Assembly (NCBI GenBank): GCA_012026655.1
Contig: JAAILG010000147.1
Span: forward strand, 1 to 64,000
Length of the DNA: 64,000 nucleotides
Direction: 5' to 3'
Origin: Hydrolagus affinis
Taxonomy: Eukaryota
In this document: piece after piece, positions 12,515-24,481 of the stretch
How positions within the stretch are numbered: the stretch's first letter is position 1
Layout: the number at the start of each line of letters is the position of its first letter
Notes under the pieces: model-generated
The model's database searches: none
What the model was told of the DNA's origin: nothing
The model's input: the letters and a program-made list of their open reading frames with translations, nothing else
Program-made: the position numbers and the translations under genes

Positions 12515-12814
12515 CAGTCAACCCTTGCCGAACGTGACTTTCTCGAGTACGGGTTTGCCTATACGCGAAGAAATAAATGTGGCGCTTTATTTGCGTATAC
12601 GCGAGTAAAATTTGCATATACGCGCTGGCTGGCCCCGCGCGAACGAGCATTTGAGAGGATCCCGGCAGCTCCCAACCAAGTCCGATAATTCCTCGGCTGG
12701 CTGGCCCCGCGCGCACGGGAGGACACCGGCCCCCCGTGCAATGCACTCTCGGGAGGACACACCTTCCTCGGCCTCGGAGCAACCTGATGGCATTGCATGG
12801 TAAACAAAAGAGAC

Positions 12815-12850
<36 letters not shown>

Positions 12851-13181
12851 TCTCCTAACACTTCCAGGACCAAAGGTAAAATAATTTAGCCAAGCTGTGG
12901 TAGTGTAAGGTGCTGTTTTATTGTCTCCAGTGAGTCAGGGAGAGCGAGGAGAGTGACGAGCGGGGAGAGCGGGCCAGCTGGCTGTAGCCCGCCTCAGTAC
13001 ATACCTTGCATTGTTCGGGTGTGTATGTGCCTGGAGGCTTGAGGTTGGATCGCCTGTGGATGGATTCCCCTAACCTATTTTTTCCTATTACAGTACTTAT
13101 TAAGCTTACCGAACGCAATTTTACCGAGAGCGTTGTTTTCAGTAACGTTCCATAACTCCTGTGTTCGGCGAGGGTCTACTG
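12515..13181. mobile_element. Tigger/pogo-like (Tc1/mariner superfamily) non-autonomous element, 667 bp
   Basis: TIRs CAGTCAACCCTTGCCGAAC / GTTCGGCGAGGGTCTACTG (16/19 match), left TA, CpG-rich, internal repeat GGCTGGCCCCGCGCG x2 and a (GA)n tract at about 12808-12850. Confidence 0.8.
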
Positions 13182-13244
13182 GTATATTAATCATTTATCT
13201 TATGACTGTTTTTCTGCCTAAAAGCTAGTCACTATAATAATAAA

Positions 13245-13616
13245 ATAATAATCCTTGCATTGGATATTCAGTAAAAGCCCGTTTATCCGGCGCTCTCGGG
13301 ACCTGGCCAATGCCGGTTAAAGCTCGTGCCGGATATTCGGCCAAAATAACAACAATTTTTTTTAAACAAAATAATATTGTGCCAGATAAATTCCGATTAA
13401 TCGAACGGGGACCTTTTTTTGAGGTGCCGGTTATACGGACGTTACGGATGATCGGGTCATGGATAAACAGGCTTTTACTCTAGTGCTTTTCATGTCTTCT
13501 AGACATCTCAAAGCGCTTCACAGAATACACTGTAAAGTGTATTAGGTGTGTGCCTGGATTCGAACACAGGTCTCATGCTTTTAAGGCAAGTGCTCTAATC
13601 ACTGAGCTACAGGACC
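13245..13616 (-). mobile_element. Deu-type tRNA SINE, internally deleted and interrupted by a MITE
   Basis: Tail TAATAATCCTTGCATT at 13245-13261, resuming TAGTGCTTTTCATGTC at 13481; head GGATTCGAACAC...CACTGAGCTACAGGAC ends at 13616. Confidence 0.85.
13269..13480. mobile_element. Tigger/pogo-like MITE, 212 bp
   Basis: TIRs CAGTAAAAGCCCGTTTATCC / GGATAAACAGGCTTTTACTC; sits at the TA of the SINE's GATATAG; repeated CCGG motifs. Confidence 0.85.
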
Positions 13617-15839
13617 ATACTTGGCAACAAATCTCTGTTGAGGCCTCTTAATGGTAGTGCTATAAAAATGCACCTTAATTTCACTTTTGGCTTGGAAGCA
13701 ACTTGGTGATGGTGTGGTGTTGTGATGAAAGATGATTCTCAATAAATAGAAGCCATTGGGTCTTTGCCATTGCAGTGGCACGTATGTGGACTATCAACGT
13801 GCAAGCTATTGCTTGGGAGAGTATAATTGCATTGACTGTTATGTAAAATTGTGTTTAATGAAAATAAATGTGCTTTGTGGCATATGAAATTTATACACAA
13901 ATTTAGCATCAATGCAAAAAAATTAGAAATTGAATGCGGTTATGAAACCGAAGCAATTGTGTACCTGTAAATTGGAATTGGATTTCCACGCATTAAAGGC
14001 TGATAAAAGAAGACAGTTTAGCTTTGACTAGATAAAATACTGCTGCTCTGCTAATCTAACCCAACAGAGAACTGTGCATTTATCTTTAAGATGTAAAGAA
14101 TGACTATGTGTTTAACACGTTGATTAAGTGACTTTGCTCCAGAGGCATTTGCTCCTGATTTTGACCTTAAAAAGTATTTTCCATCATGGGTTTATTCACT
14201 GAACAGCTTTTAAAATCGCCCTGCTTATAGTTACCTAGTTGGGTGAAGCTAGAAGCCTGACTCGAGGCGTCTTCAACATTTTCTGCATTAGCTGTTTGCA
14301 AACGTGGTCTTTTTATTGTATGCATTGGAAACGCTGGACATCTGCTTCCTAGCGAGTGTTAAAGCAAAGGATTGTCAGAATGTAACAGGGCCAAGTATGA
14401 TTGCTGAATTTTACAAATACTGTAGTCAATGCAGCGTTGCATTGGAAAGGTTATTTTCCACATGTTGCACACTCTCTTATAATTTGAAATACAATGGGAG
14501 CGAATGCTGGCTGGAGAAAAGGTCAGTGGAGTGTAAGTTGACCTTTCTGGTTTGTAGTTTTATGTTGCTGCTTCCATAGAATTCTCCCACCCCCACTCCC
14601 GCAAAAAAAACACAGCTATCATCTCCAGTAGTTGGTAATGAAGTTGGTTATTGGCATGAAATACTAGAATGATTAAAAGCTTAGGTTAGGAAGAAAAATG
14701 TCAGTTGTCTAGCTGAAATTCTCCTTGATTGGATCTACTGTATTACTTTCGTTCTTCGAGGTAGGTAACTATGATCTACTGGAGCTATCAGTACTGCTTT
14801 TCATTGAATTCCAATCAGTTAGCATATAAACAAGTGTTGGTTTGCCGAGTTTCTACTTGTTTAGCTTTAACAAATAATGCAGTGAGATAAATGGAGGCTT
14901 TCTCCAAGCTAACTCCACGTTTAGGATTGATGATGGTATGTGCATATCTTAAGTATTAGATATTGGGGGGGTGATAGACAAACTTATTATATTGTTCAAA
15001 TAACTGGAACGTGTTGATGGTATTTATTTAAAGTGACAATGAAAATTATCACAAGATCAAGAGTTTTCCAATCCTGGACGTGCTTTATGTTCCAATGAAC
15101 TGGGTTTGTCTGGTGATGTGTCAGATGTTTTACTTTGTTCAATTTTTCATCCATCCTTGCTTTTAGCTGTTGATAAATGAGTGCAGACCTATACTCATTT
15201 AGGCAGAGAACTGCTGAAGCTTTCAACACACAGAGCACTGTGTACACCTGCTTCATAACACAGTGCTCTGTGATTGGGGCTTGTCATATCAGTGTTTAGT
15301 CATTCTGTCACTGGAGTTGATGACAAATGAAGCACTTCTTTAGCAAAAGCAGCACGCCTTTGAGTTCTTGCCTCTAAGAAGCAATTGTGATTCTCTCAGG
15401 ACTTGACGTAATGCTCCAGACAGAAATTTAATTTTTCTTCCACCTTGAAGTCTGACAGCACTGTGCAACTTCGGTTCAACATGATCGAATGGGCCTCAAT
15501 TCTTATTTTCAATCAAGTTTAACCCAAGTAGACCTTAAGCCCATCAAACCCCATCTCAGATCTGAACCTGTAGAATTGCTCAACTCCCATGTTTTATTCT
15601 TTCAGGATCAGATTTCTTGAACCGTGAAATGTCCATTTTGGCTCAGAATTTGAATCCAACCGAATTTAAATTAACACTCGAGGGAACCGCTAGGTAGTGG
15701 AGGCTGTATTGATTTGCACTGTTGTTTTTGTACTGCAGCGATGCAAATCAGCCTTCCTTGAGGCAGACTTAGTTGTGCGATTTGCTCCCAAACACTGTTT
15801 AACCACAATATTGCACTTTGTAAGGCTAACTTAAAAATT

Positions 15840-16110
15840 CTTTGGATCAGACATCAATCCAAAGGTGTCGTCAGCCTGTTCATAGTAAGGTAATGACCCG
15901 TGTGACACTGTTTTGAAGAAAAGCAGGGATTTCTAGCTAGTGTTCCTCTTTAGCAATGAGAGAAATTATGAATTATATGAAATTTTTCACATTATTTGAG
16001 ATACAGCTAGTGAATGCGTTAACTGCCATGTTTGTTTGCATAAGAGTCATAAACTTTAAGCTGCTTAATGCTTTCAGCAATGCAAGTAGGTGAAAATGAT
16101 TCAATATATA
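15840..16110 (+). mobile_element. Old DeuSINE (central Deu domain)
   Basis: GATCAGACATCAATCCAAAGG...GACCCGTGTGACACTGTTTTGAAGAAAAGCAGGG resembles the central Deu domain of SacSINE1/AmnSINE1-type elements; heavily diverged. Confidence 0.5.
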
Positions 16111-16300
16111 GAAAAATATATAGGAATTTATACATTAATATAAGACGCTCTTTAATCAATTGCTGTCTTTAGATCTCCCGTGATGCTGTTTAACAGCAGC
16201 TTCAGGATTAAAAGGAGTCTTAATTTTTTTGTAATGTTAAATCATAAAAGTTTTTTCATAAGTAGTTCAGTTTTACGTATTATGTTTTTTTAAAAAGCGC

Positions 16301-16592
16301 AATAATCCTTGCATTTGATATAGTACTTCTCACGTCTTCAAGATGTCTCAAAGCGCTTCACAGAATATACTGTAAAATGAATTAACTGTATATTTGTGGG
16401 CGAAACGCAGCAGCCAATTGCACACAGCAGTGTCTCACAGTCATGGATTGAGGGACTAAATTGGTATTTATTTATTTTTTGAATGAATTATTACCCCCGG
16501 AAGAATGATCTACCAATCGACTAACGACTGGGTTCCTACTTACTGCTAGGTAAACAGAACCTAGAACTCTCGCTTGCAATGCTACAGGATTC
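16301..16592 (-). mobile_element. Deu-type tRNA SINE, partly rearranged
   Basis: 16301-16480 is near-identical to the tail and body of the 829 copy; head remnant GCTACAGGATTCC at about 16581. Confidence 0.85.
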
Positions 16593-16920
16593 CACATGAT
16601 CCAGAGTTTTCCAACCCTGAAAGTGCTTTTTGTTCCAATGAACTGACCTCAGATGCTCAGATGACCTCAGATGCTTCTTAAAATGTACTCAGCTTCTACA
16701 CCTCCATATAATTAACTGTTCTTCACCTGTGGGTTAGATTGAAAGATTGGCTTATAGATTCCTTAACTGTGACATTGATGCCAATATTGCTTCATGGTTC
16801 TGTTAACTGTAAATGTCATTGAGTGCTCCTCTGATGAGCTGCAATGCATAGCCTGCCCTTAAACATGCTGACAACATATCACTCTACTCAAACACCTTGG
16901 TAGCTGATTAGTGACTGCTC

Positions 16921-18810
16921 CAACAACAACAAAATTACCCTTGTATAGCGCCTTTCGCGTCAGGAGGATGTCCCAAGTTGCTGGATAGTCACTGCTTCAG
17001 ACCCCAGCTGTGGACAAGGGGGGGATGAGGGAAGGGGGGCTTAGGAGTTGTCGATGGGTCCATCGAAGAGGAGAGTCTTGAGGCGAGACTTGAAGGAGGC
17101 CAGGGAGTGGGCAAGTTGGAAGCACTGTGGGATGGAGTTCCAGAGGTTGGGGGCAGAGTGGCTAAAGGCTCGCCCATCAATGGTAGGGTGGGGGACATGG
17201 AGCAGGCCAGAGCCTGCTGAATGGAGGAGGCAGGCAACAACAACAACAACAACAACTTCGATTTATATAGTGCCCTCCACGCCAGGCGGCGTTTCAGAGC
17301 GCTTAACAGAGGCAGGTTGGTAAGGGGATAGGAGGTCACGGACGTAAGGTGGGGCGAGGTTGTGGAGGGCTTTAAATGTGAGGAGCAGGATCTTGAATTG
17401 GATCCTCTGGATGTTGGGGAGCCAATGGAATCGGGCGAGGATAGGGGAGATGGGGTCATGGAGTTTGGAAACGTAGAGGACACGGCCCACAGAGTTCTGG
17501 ATTATCTACAGTCTGTGGAGGGTGGAATTGGGAAGGCCGACAAGCAGGGCATTTGCATAGTCAAGCTGGGATATAATGAAGATGTGAATGAGGGTTTCAG
17601 CGGCTTTGGGGGTGAGGTAGTGGCGGAGTCAGGCAATGTTGCAGAGATGGGAAAAGACAGAGCGAGTCATTGCTTGTATGATGGGGGAGGAAAGACAGTT
17701 GAGGGTTGAACAAGACACCTAGGTTCCTGACTGGCTTGGTGAGGTTGAGTGAGCAACCATGGAGGTTGATGCTGCCAGTGCCTGATGCATGAAGGCCCTG
17801 GCGCAAACCAATCAGTGGGGCCTCTGTCTTGTTGACATTCAACTGTAGAATGTTAGCTCTCATCTAGGACATGATGTCTGACTGACAGTCAAGACAATGG
17901 TAGTCCTGGAGTCGAGGGTAGAGGCAGACCGGCAGAGAGATAGAGTTAGGTGTCATCTGCATATATGTGGAAGTTAACCCCATGTCTGCGGATGATGTCA
18001 CCAAGTGGGAGCATGTAGATGTTGAAACGTAAAGGGCCAAGGACAGAGCCCTGGTGGACACCACAGATGACAGTGCAGGAGCTGGAAGAGAAACCGTTGG
18101 TGGCGACAAAATGTAGGCAATGAGAGAGGTAGGAGTCGAATCAGGCAAGGGCAGGTACGCAGAGATTGAGGAGGGAGGAGAGGCAGTGTAGGAGGATGGA
18201 ATGGTCGACAGTGTCGAAGGCGGCGGAGAGGTCAAGGAGGACAAGGAGGCAGAGATAGTCCTGGTTACAGATGTTTACAATGTCATTAGAGACTTTGACC
18301 AGGGCTGTCTCCGTTCTGTAGGCAGCGGATGCCAGATTGAAGGGGTTCGAGGAGTAAGGAGTGAAGCTGGGAAGCAACGACTCATTCCAGGGCCTTGGAG
18401 AGGAATAGGAGGTTGGAGATGGGGCAATAGCTGGAGAGTAGGGATGGGTCGGGAGAAGATGGGGATGATGACAGCAGTTTTTAGAGAGGTGGGGATAGTG
18501 CCGGTGGATAGTGAGAGGTTGATGACATCAGTTGGGGGTTAGGAGATGGAGCTGAGAGATGAGGTGCGAGGTGGGGATGGGGTCAAGGGAGCTGGTGGTG
18601 GGAGAGATAGGGTGGCAGGTATGTGTTGGTGGGTGGGAGGGAGACCTGGGGGAGAGGTAGTGGAGGATGGGGTAGAGGTGGCTGAGCAATTCCCCTCGAT
18701 TTTTGATTCAAGGAAGTCCAGCATCTCCTCACAGTTGGAGTTGGAATATAGGATGGGTGAGGGTGGGAGGGTGGGCGGAGGAAGCGGTTAGTGGTGGAGA
18801 AAAGGAGCCT
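16921..18810 (-). mobile_element. 5'-truncated L2 LINE (about 1.9 kb), RT pseudogene
   Basis: (CAA)n tail at 16921; minus-strand ORFs contain [29 protein letters not shown] and LARFHWLP; multiple frameshifts. Confidence 0.95.
17235..17308 (-). mobile_element. 74-bp L2-type 3'-tail insertion nested in L2
   Basis: (CAA)7 tail plus a stem-loop, flanked by an 8-bp TSD GAGGCAGG (17227-34 and 17309-16). Confidence 0.85.
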
Positions 18811-21289
18811 AGAGTTGTCCTTCTCAACTCTGTCGCCTTTTTTTTTCTAATTGTTTATTGCTGTTGATTTGTGTGTGCATGTGTTTCTCAAGGTAAGGAA
18901 TAACATTGCTGTGTAATTTGAAAATGTTCCTCTGTGGCACAATGTCATTTTCTTTCCCTCGTGAAAAGAAACTGTTGGATTACTACTGAATGTAGAGAGA
19001 GTCCGAGGGAGATTTAGATCAACTCATTTCACCTTTGTACTTAATGGTCGTCAGAGAAAGGAGATCATCAACTTCCTCTTCTGATTCCTTGCACACCTTC
19101 AGTATCTTTCAGTATCTAGAATAAGTTGGTTTCCCAGGTCATATGGGTGAAAGATACTGTATCTGAGATAGAGCCGTATCACTGAGTCCTCCGACTTGTA
19201 TGTTGTATCACAGCACTATCAGCTCTAAATATTGCAGTTCAATGTATTTTCTGACATGAAATATTTGAAATATGATATTGCGCTCCAAAAAATATTGTAG
19301 CAAGGTTATTTTGTACTTCATTCAGGATACAGTCATTTCAAAAGGTCAGATGATCATCGATGATAAAAGGAAAAGAAATTCCAGCATGCTTGAAGACTGT
19401 TCTTCAATGGAGCACCATTTATGTGATAGTGCCTGAAGATTTATTATGGTAATAGTGCTAACATTGCAGTCAGATCAGCAGCTGTATTGCTTTCAGAAGC
19501 CTCCAGATAAGGGAAGCAAATGAAAATGTTAATCATACTTCAGCCAAACAGGGAGGGGTGGAGGGGGTGGGAAGCAAAGGGATTGCAATACATTGCAAAA
19601 ATCTGGCAACCAGACAGAGAGCAGCAAGAAAGTCCAACTCACGATTTCCCAATAAAATTAACTAGTTCTCTGAGCTGCATGGTCTGTCCTATCTGCAAGC
19701 AGCCCTATCTTTTGCATTTCAAATAACAAATTGGAATTATTTCCAAATGAAACATTTTTAAATTGAATTTCTAGAAGATATTTTAATAAAAACTTTCAAA
19801 TAATTTTGGGGGAAAATTTAATTTAAAAAACAGTGTTGAGAAAATGGATTTCTAGCCATCAACTTAAAGAAGCAGCTTTAACAAAAATGTCTTGATTCCA
19901 GTATGGCATCTGGCTCATTAATTCAGTGAGTTTACCAATGAGAGATGACAATACTCCAAATTGCAGATTTGCACTGGTGCAGATATGATTGTAGGGTAGG
20001 AGTTTGATGGAGCTTTACTGAACCGCTGAATGAGCAGCTTTACTTCATATCTGACCAATGCCGCACTTCACCTGGGAATTTTGCTGATTCTGTGCCAAGT
20101 GGCACAGATAGTTCCATATCCTAGTTCTGCCAGCCCTGGGTTGACAAACTAATGTAACCACATGTCATTTCTGTATTAAGAAACTATAGTTAAAGAAATG
20201 TAAAATAACTGAAGATATCTTTCCAGTGTTGCATATGTTTACTGAAAGTTTGCAAACCACAAACAGCCTGTTGATAGTTTGAGAGTCAGATTTTATGTTG
20301 ATCTTTCTGTGAAAAACTGAAGTATTATTAAAGTTGCAAAGAGTTATAATGACAGCCAATACTCAAGAAAATATGGTTTTGGAGTTTTTAAAAGCTTAGA
20401 TTGTATCATGAAAGTAAGCTTGAGTATTCTATGGTCTACAATCTTGAGGTTGTGACAGCAATACGTTTATTTCTAAACAGTGACTGAAGGAATATTTGGA
20501 CAAACTTGGGGAAATGTAGCGGAAATACAGTTTGAATTCCTGTTTGGGGGGAATTGAAAGATTTAGATTATTATTGCTTCATCAAAGAGCATTGTGGTGA
20601 TGATGTGACTTGGTCATTGTACTGTGAGAGGAGTGATTGTTTTCTCTGGGTTGGGTGTACTGAAGCTGTACGATTTGAAGGAAGTTGAGAATCTTGAGTT
20701 GAATAATCAGCAAAAAGTGTTTGGATTGAGTTTGAAGATCACTGATGTAGACAAGGAATAAAGTGGGAGACAACAGAGCCCAGCCCCTTGGAAACAAAGT
20801 GATTAGGGAATGTTTGAATGGCAGAAGCTGAAGGCTGGTGAGTTATTGGCAACAAAAAAGTGACACTCAGTGTGGGCACTATAATTATTACATAGCCTTT
20901 TTGTTTATAATGTCTCCACGTCCTGTAAATGGATAGCAGCACAGCAATGCTGCAGTCCATTTTTTCAGGACACGAGTCTGCATCTGCTTGTAATGCACGA
21001 AGAGTACAGGTCATGTCTGGTTTCAGTACTACCAGTACTACCATTTATCCTTTTTTAAGGAAGGAATGAACATGTGACCTGATGCCATCCCTGAGATGGT
21101 TGTCAGGCCTGGTAAGAAAATACAAAGAGAACTGAAGCCGTCTTACAGTGTGTGCAACCGACGGAGCAAATTATTGATTATCTGTTCTAAACTGATAATA
21201 GGCCGCAATTGAACTCCACTGGAACTGTGGACTCATCTCTCTCTATGTCAAAACAGTGTGAGGCAACAATTATTTAAACAAATAGGATG

Positions 21290-21690
21290 AGGGACTACAT
21301 CGCCAAATCTGTGAAGTTCGAGATCAGCAGAAGTCATCCTCGAGCTGTATGATGCTCTGGACAGACAGCAGCTGGAGCACTGCATACAATTTTAACCTAA
21401 GGGACTGCCCAAACACTGGAAGACACAGAGCGCAAAGCAACAGGGATGATTCCCAATGTTAGTACAGTAGAATGAGCTGTTGGCAATAATTAGATGAACT
21501 AGGGATCATTAGTCATGAAAAGGTGTCGCAGAGGGGATCTCATAGATGCCTCAGACATAGATCTCGTATGTAATGTATACTGGATATTGGACCAGTTTTT
21601 TTTATTTAAAAAAAGCCTTAATGTTATGACGAGAAGATAGGAATCTGGAATGATAAGATCAAATGGGCCTTTATAGTTCTCCTGCTTCAG
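21290..21690 (+). mobile_element. Degenerate CR1 LINE 3' fragment
   Basis: EVILELYDALDRQQLEHCIQF-like codons (CR1 LYxALVRPHLEYCVQF motif), RGDLI-like AGAGGGGATCTCATA, and tail GATCAAATGGGCCT. Confidence 0.6.
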
Positions 21691-22765
21691 TGGTTTCGCA
21701 TACATACTTCAGTGTGAGATTTTCTGCCACACGTGAAAATAGGACCTTCCATATGTGTAGAAGTTCAGCGCGTCATGGGATCCCTTATACCTTAAAATGA
21801 AAGTACAGGTACCTTAATTGTGAATTGTTTGCTACGAGTGTTATCTTGTGCATTGAACAATGCAGACTGTGGTACAAATTACATTGCGCTCTGCCCTGCA
21901 GGGTAGAACGTCGTGCAATCATCCCATTATATTGGAAGAGTGGAGTGAGATTTTTTTTACGATGCTGCTATAGGAATTGATTCACTTTCAGTTTGTAAAT
22001 TGGGTGAGAATGTCAGGGGTTGATATATTCCCCAAACATTTTTTTTTACAAGTGTACTGAAGCATTTTTTTTAACTATGAAATTTCATCAATACTGAGCA
22101 ATGCGGTGCAGCCTCTTTCGTTAGGAATAATCTTGTAAGTGGCCATTTTACTTTTTAGACACAATAAAAGCTATTTGTTTGTAATTCTGTTGTGGCTTCC
22201 TGCTGATTGTCAGATAACTTAGAAAGAATCAGTTCCCTTCAGCAAAGGTCTATTATTTTCAATCTGATAATTTCACCTATTCCATTGCCAATGACTACAA
22301 ATTGTTTGTGGGTAACAACATCTCTGTGCACACATACATTGCATTATCATTACCTTGTCACCTCAGGTTAATTGCATATCTGATGCCATAAACAGACGAG
22401 AGTATAGCAATACCACATTACATTATCAAATAGAAAGCCTACAAATGTAATGGATTTGCTCAACAGAAATGATGCATTCTACTGCAGGACAAAACAATTT
22501 TCCACTGATACTGGGGTATACAGAGCACTGAAATGCTTCTCCACCTTTTGGAATGGAACTTTTTGAATAAAGGTATGAACGAAAGAAAATGATTACTGAA
22601 AATAATCATTGGCAAATTTTAAATGCTTTTTTTGCAGCTTTGCACTGTAAACCAGAGAACGATTAGGCCCCTTTTCAACTTTTGGTTAATGTATTTTCTA
22701 CCCCCATTTCTATGAATGCTCTCAGATTATTTCCTATAAGAATTCTCCCGCACAACACTTACTTG

Positions 22766-22930
22766 GAATCATAGAAAAGTACAACGTAATTAGAGGTTGC
22801 TCTGCCAATTGTTGTGCGCAGGTGATTTGCTTCTCCAAAAAAGTCATTCATCCTAATCCCAATTCCTTGCTCTTTCTCTGTAAAAGCTAATATCCTTCCT
22901 CTGCCTAAGTTTATCAAATTCTATTCTCAA
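22766..22930 (-). mobile_element. Degenerate CR1 3' tail
   Basis: GAATCATAGAAAAGTACAAC...AATCCCAATTCC, similar to 10526-10734. Confidence 0.5.
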
Positions 22931-23411
22931 ATGAAAACTGTCCCAATGATTCGCGTCATGTAAACTGAAGGGGCTTATACTGATAGGGTGGGGGGCGGCA
23001 GGGGTGAAGAAAAGTTGCTACTTTAAACAGAAGCAAATGAGTCCAAAAGGAATACTTCATCTCTTATTAGAATGTCATCCCATTTATTCTCCACTCCCTA
23101 TTTTAGTCCATCAGGACGTGGGTCTCTCAAATGATCTCCACGTGAGGAGCAAGGTCTGTTCCAAGTGATCTTTTAGCTGCAAAAAGACACATTTTGTCTT
23201 TTCAGACTGTTTCACAGCACTATTTCAGATTAACAATAACATCAACAATCTTTGGACTCTGTGGTTCTGTATTGACATCCGTGTCAGCAACAGGCCTTTG
23301 GCTTTCCATTATCAGCATTATTCTTCCCTTGCTGCTTGACCCTATATGTCTTTCTAAGTACAGTATTGTATGGTGTTGTAGAGCCAAACTCCCAGGCTGC
23401 CTGGTGACTAA

Positions 23412-23642
23412 ATGTGTCAGCCCTGTTCAACTATGGTGCCAGTGCCAGAAAAGCTACATTATGTAACTGCTCATTCTGAACACACAAAGCAAGGTGCACA
23501 ATCTTCTCTGGCTGCTTCCAAGGATCATGTCTTTTCTTTTAATGTCAATGGTGCAAATTTCTATGGACTTGATCAAATCTCAGAGGATTCCTTTTTCATT
23601 GACTGTATTCCAGTGAAGAACGGAAACCTCCCAACTTTTAAG
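23412..23642 (+). CDS. Candidate first coding exon of an unassigned gene (exon about 23206-23642)
   Basis: Acceptor TTTTGTCTTTTCAG at 23205; ATG at 23412 and a strong-Kozak ACTATGG at 23433; open frame MVPVPEKLHYVTAHSEH...IDCIPVKNGNLPTFK ending at a phase-0 donor AAG|GTGAGA. Non-repetitive. No homolog recognised. Confidence 0.5.
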
Positions 23643-24309
23643 GTGAGAGCTTGTCCTGTTTAATGTTCAGGCATTGTGTTAATTAATTTAATGTTGCTGG
23701 TTCTCTGGATAAATGCTTCTATTATTCTCTGCCTGTTAGGATTTTACCATTTTATTTGTTCTGAATTGAATCTGAAACTTTCATCAAACAACTGTTGCAC
23801 TGACCCATCATTAACCTTGAAGTATGATCTTTTGTGTTCATAATGTATGAAGGTTTATGGATCGGTTATGTTATTTATAGGGCTGCCCAGATTTACCTCC
23901 ACCTTGCTCTCCTAATTTAACACTTCTGCAGATTTGTGTCTGGCATGAACTGGGAGAATCGTACATAGTTTCACTTCCATCAGCCTGGTTTTCATTACAT
24001 TAATGTGTTCCAGAGTTATGTTGCTGTGAAACAGGTGGGCAGGATTTCTGATGAAACTGCACTCACTTCATCCTGTCAATATGATAAAACCAAGGCTATG
24101 ATTGCAAATATTATTACCATTAATGTTTCCTTTGTTTCATTGGCACATAAAATATAATACCACCATTTGAGTACCAAGGATTTGGAGCACATTAGAAGGA
24201 ACCAACACATTGCAGCCTGGGTCAGGTAAGTGTGGAAAGGGGTTGGTGATTGAAGTTTGGTGCAGATCATGATGATAATGAAGTCTAGTTGTAATTCCAT
24301 GACTTTGTT

Positions 24310-24375
24310 TTGTGCTTTGGGATGTCCTCCCGACGTGAAAAAAAGCTCTATAAATATAATTATGTTGTTTGTTGC
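24310..24375 (+). mobile_element. L2 3'-tail-only insertion
   Basis: GCTTTGGGATGTCCTCCCGACGTGAAA...CTCTATAAATATAATTATGTTG matches the L2 tail. Confidence 0.7.
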
Positions 24376-24481
24376 ATGAAATCATGTCATTTCCACCATA
24401 ATGCAGATAAAATTAAGCCCCAGCAAGTCTAAAAAAAATCTGTAAGTGGAAGTAAGTTTCAGATATGACTAATTCATATTA

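Noticed and set aside
12453-12873. Overlapping GC-rich ORFs or a CpG-island promoter
   Set aside because: They lie almost wholly inside a TIR-bounded MITE and include a (GA)n tract; there are no transposase motifs.
15700-15756. Hairpin TGATTTGCA...TGCAAATCA as a miRNA
   Set aside because: Short stem with many mismatches; more likely a decayed repeat or chance.
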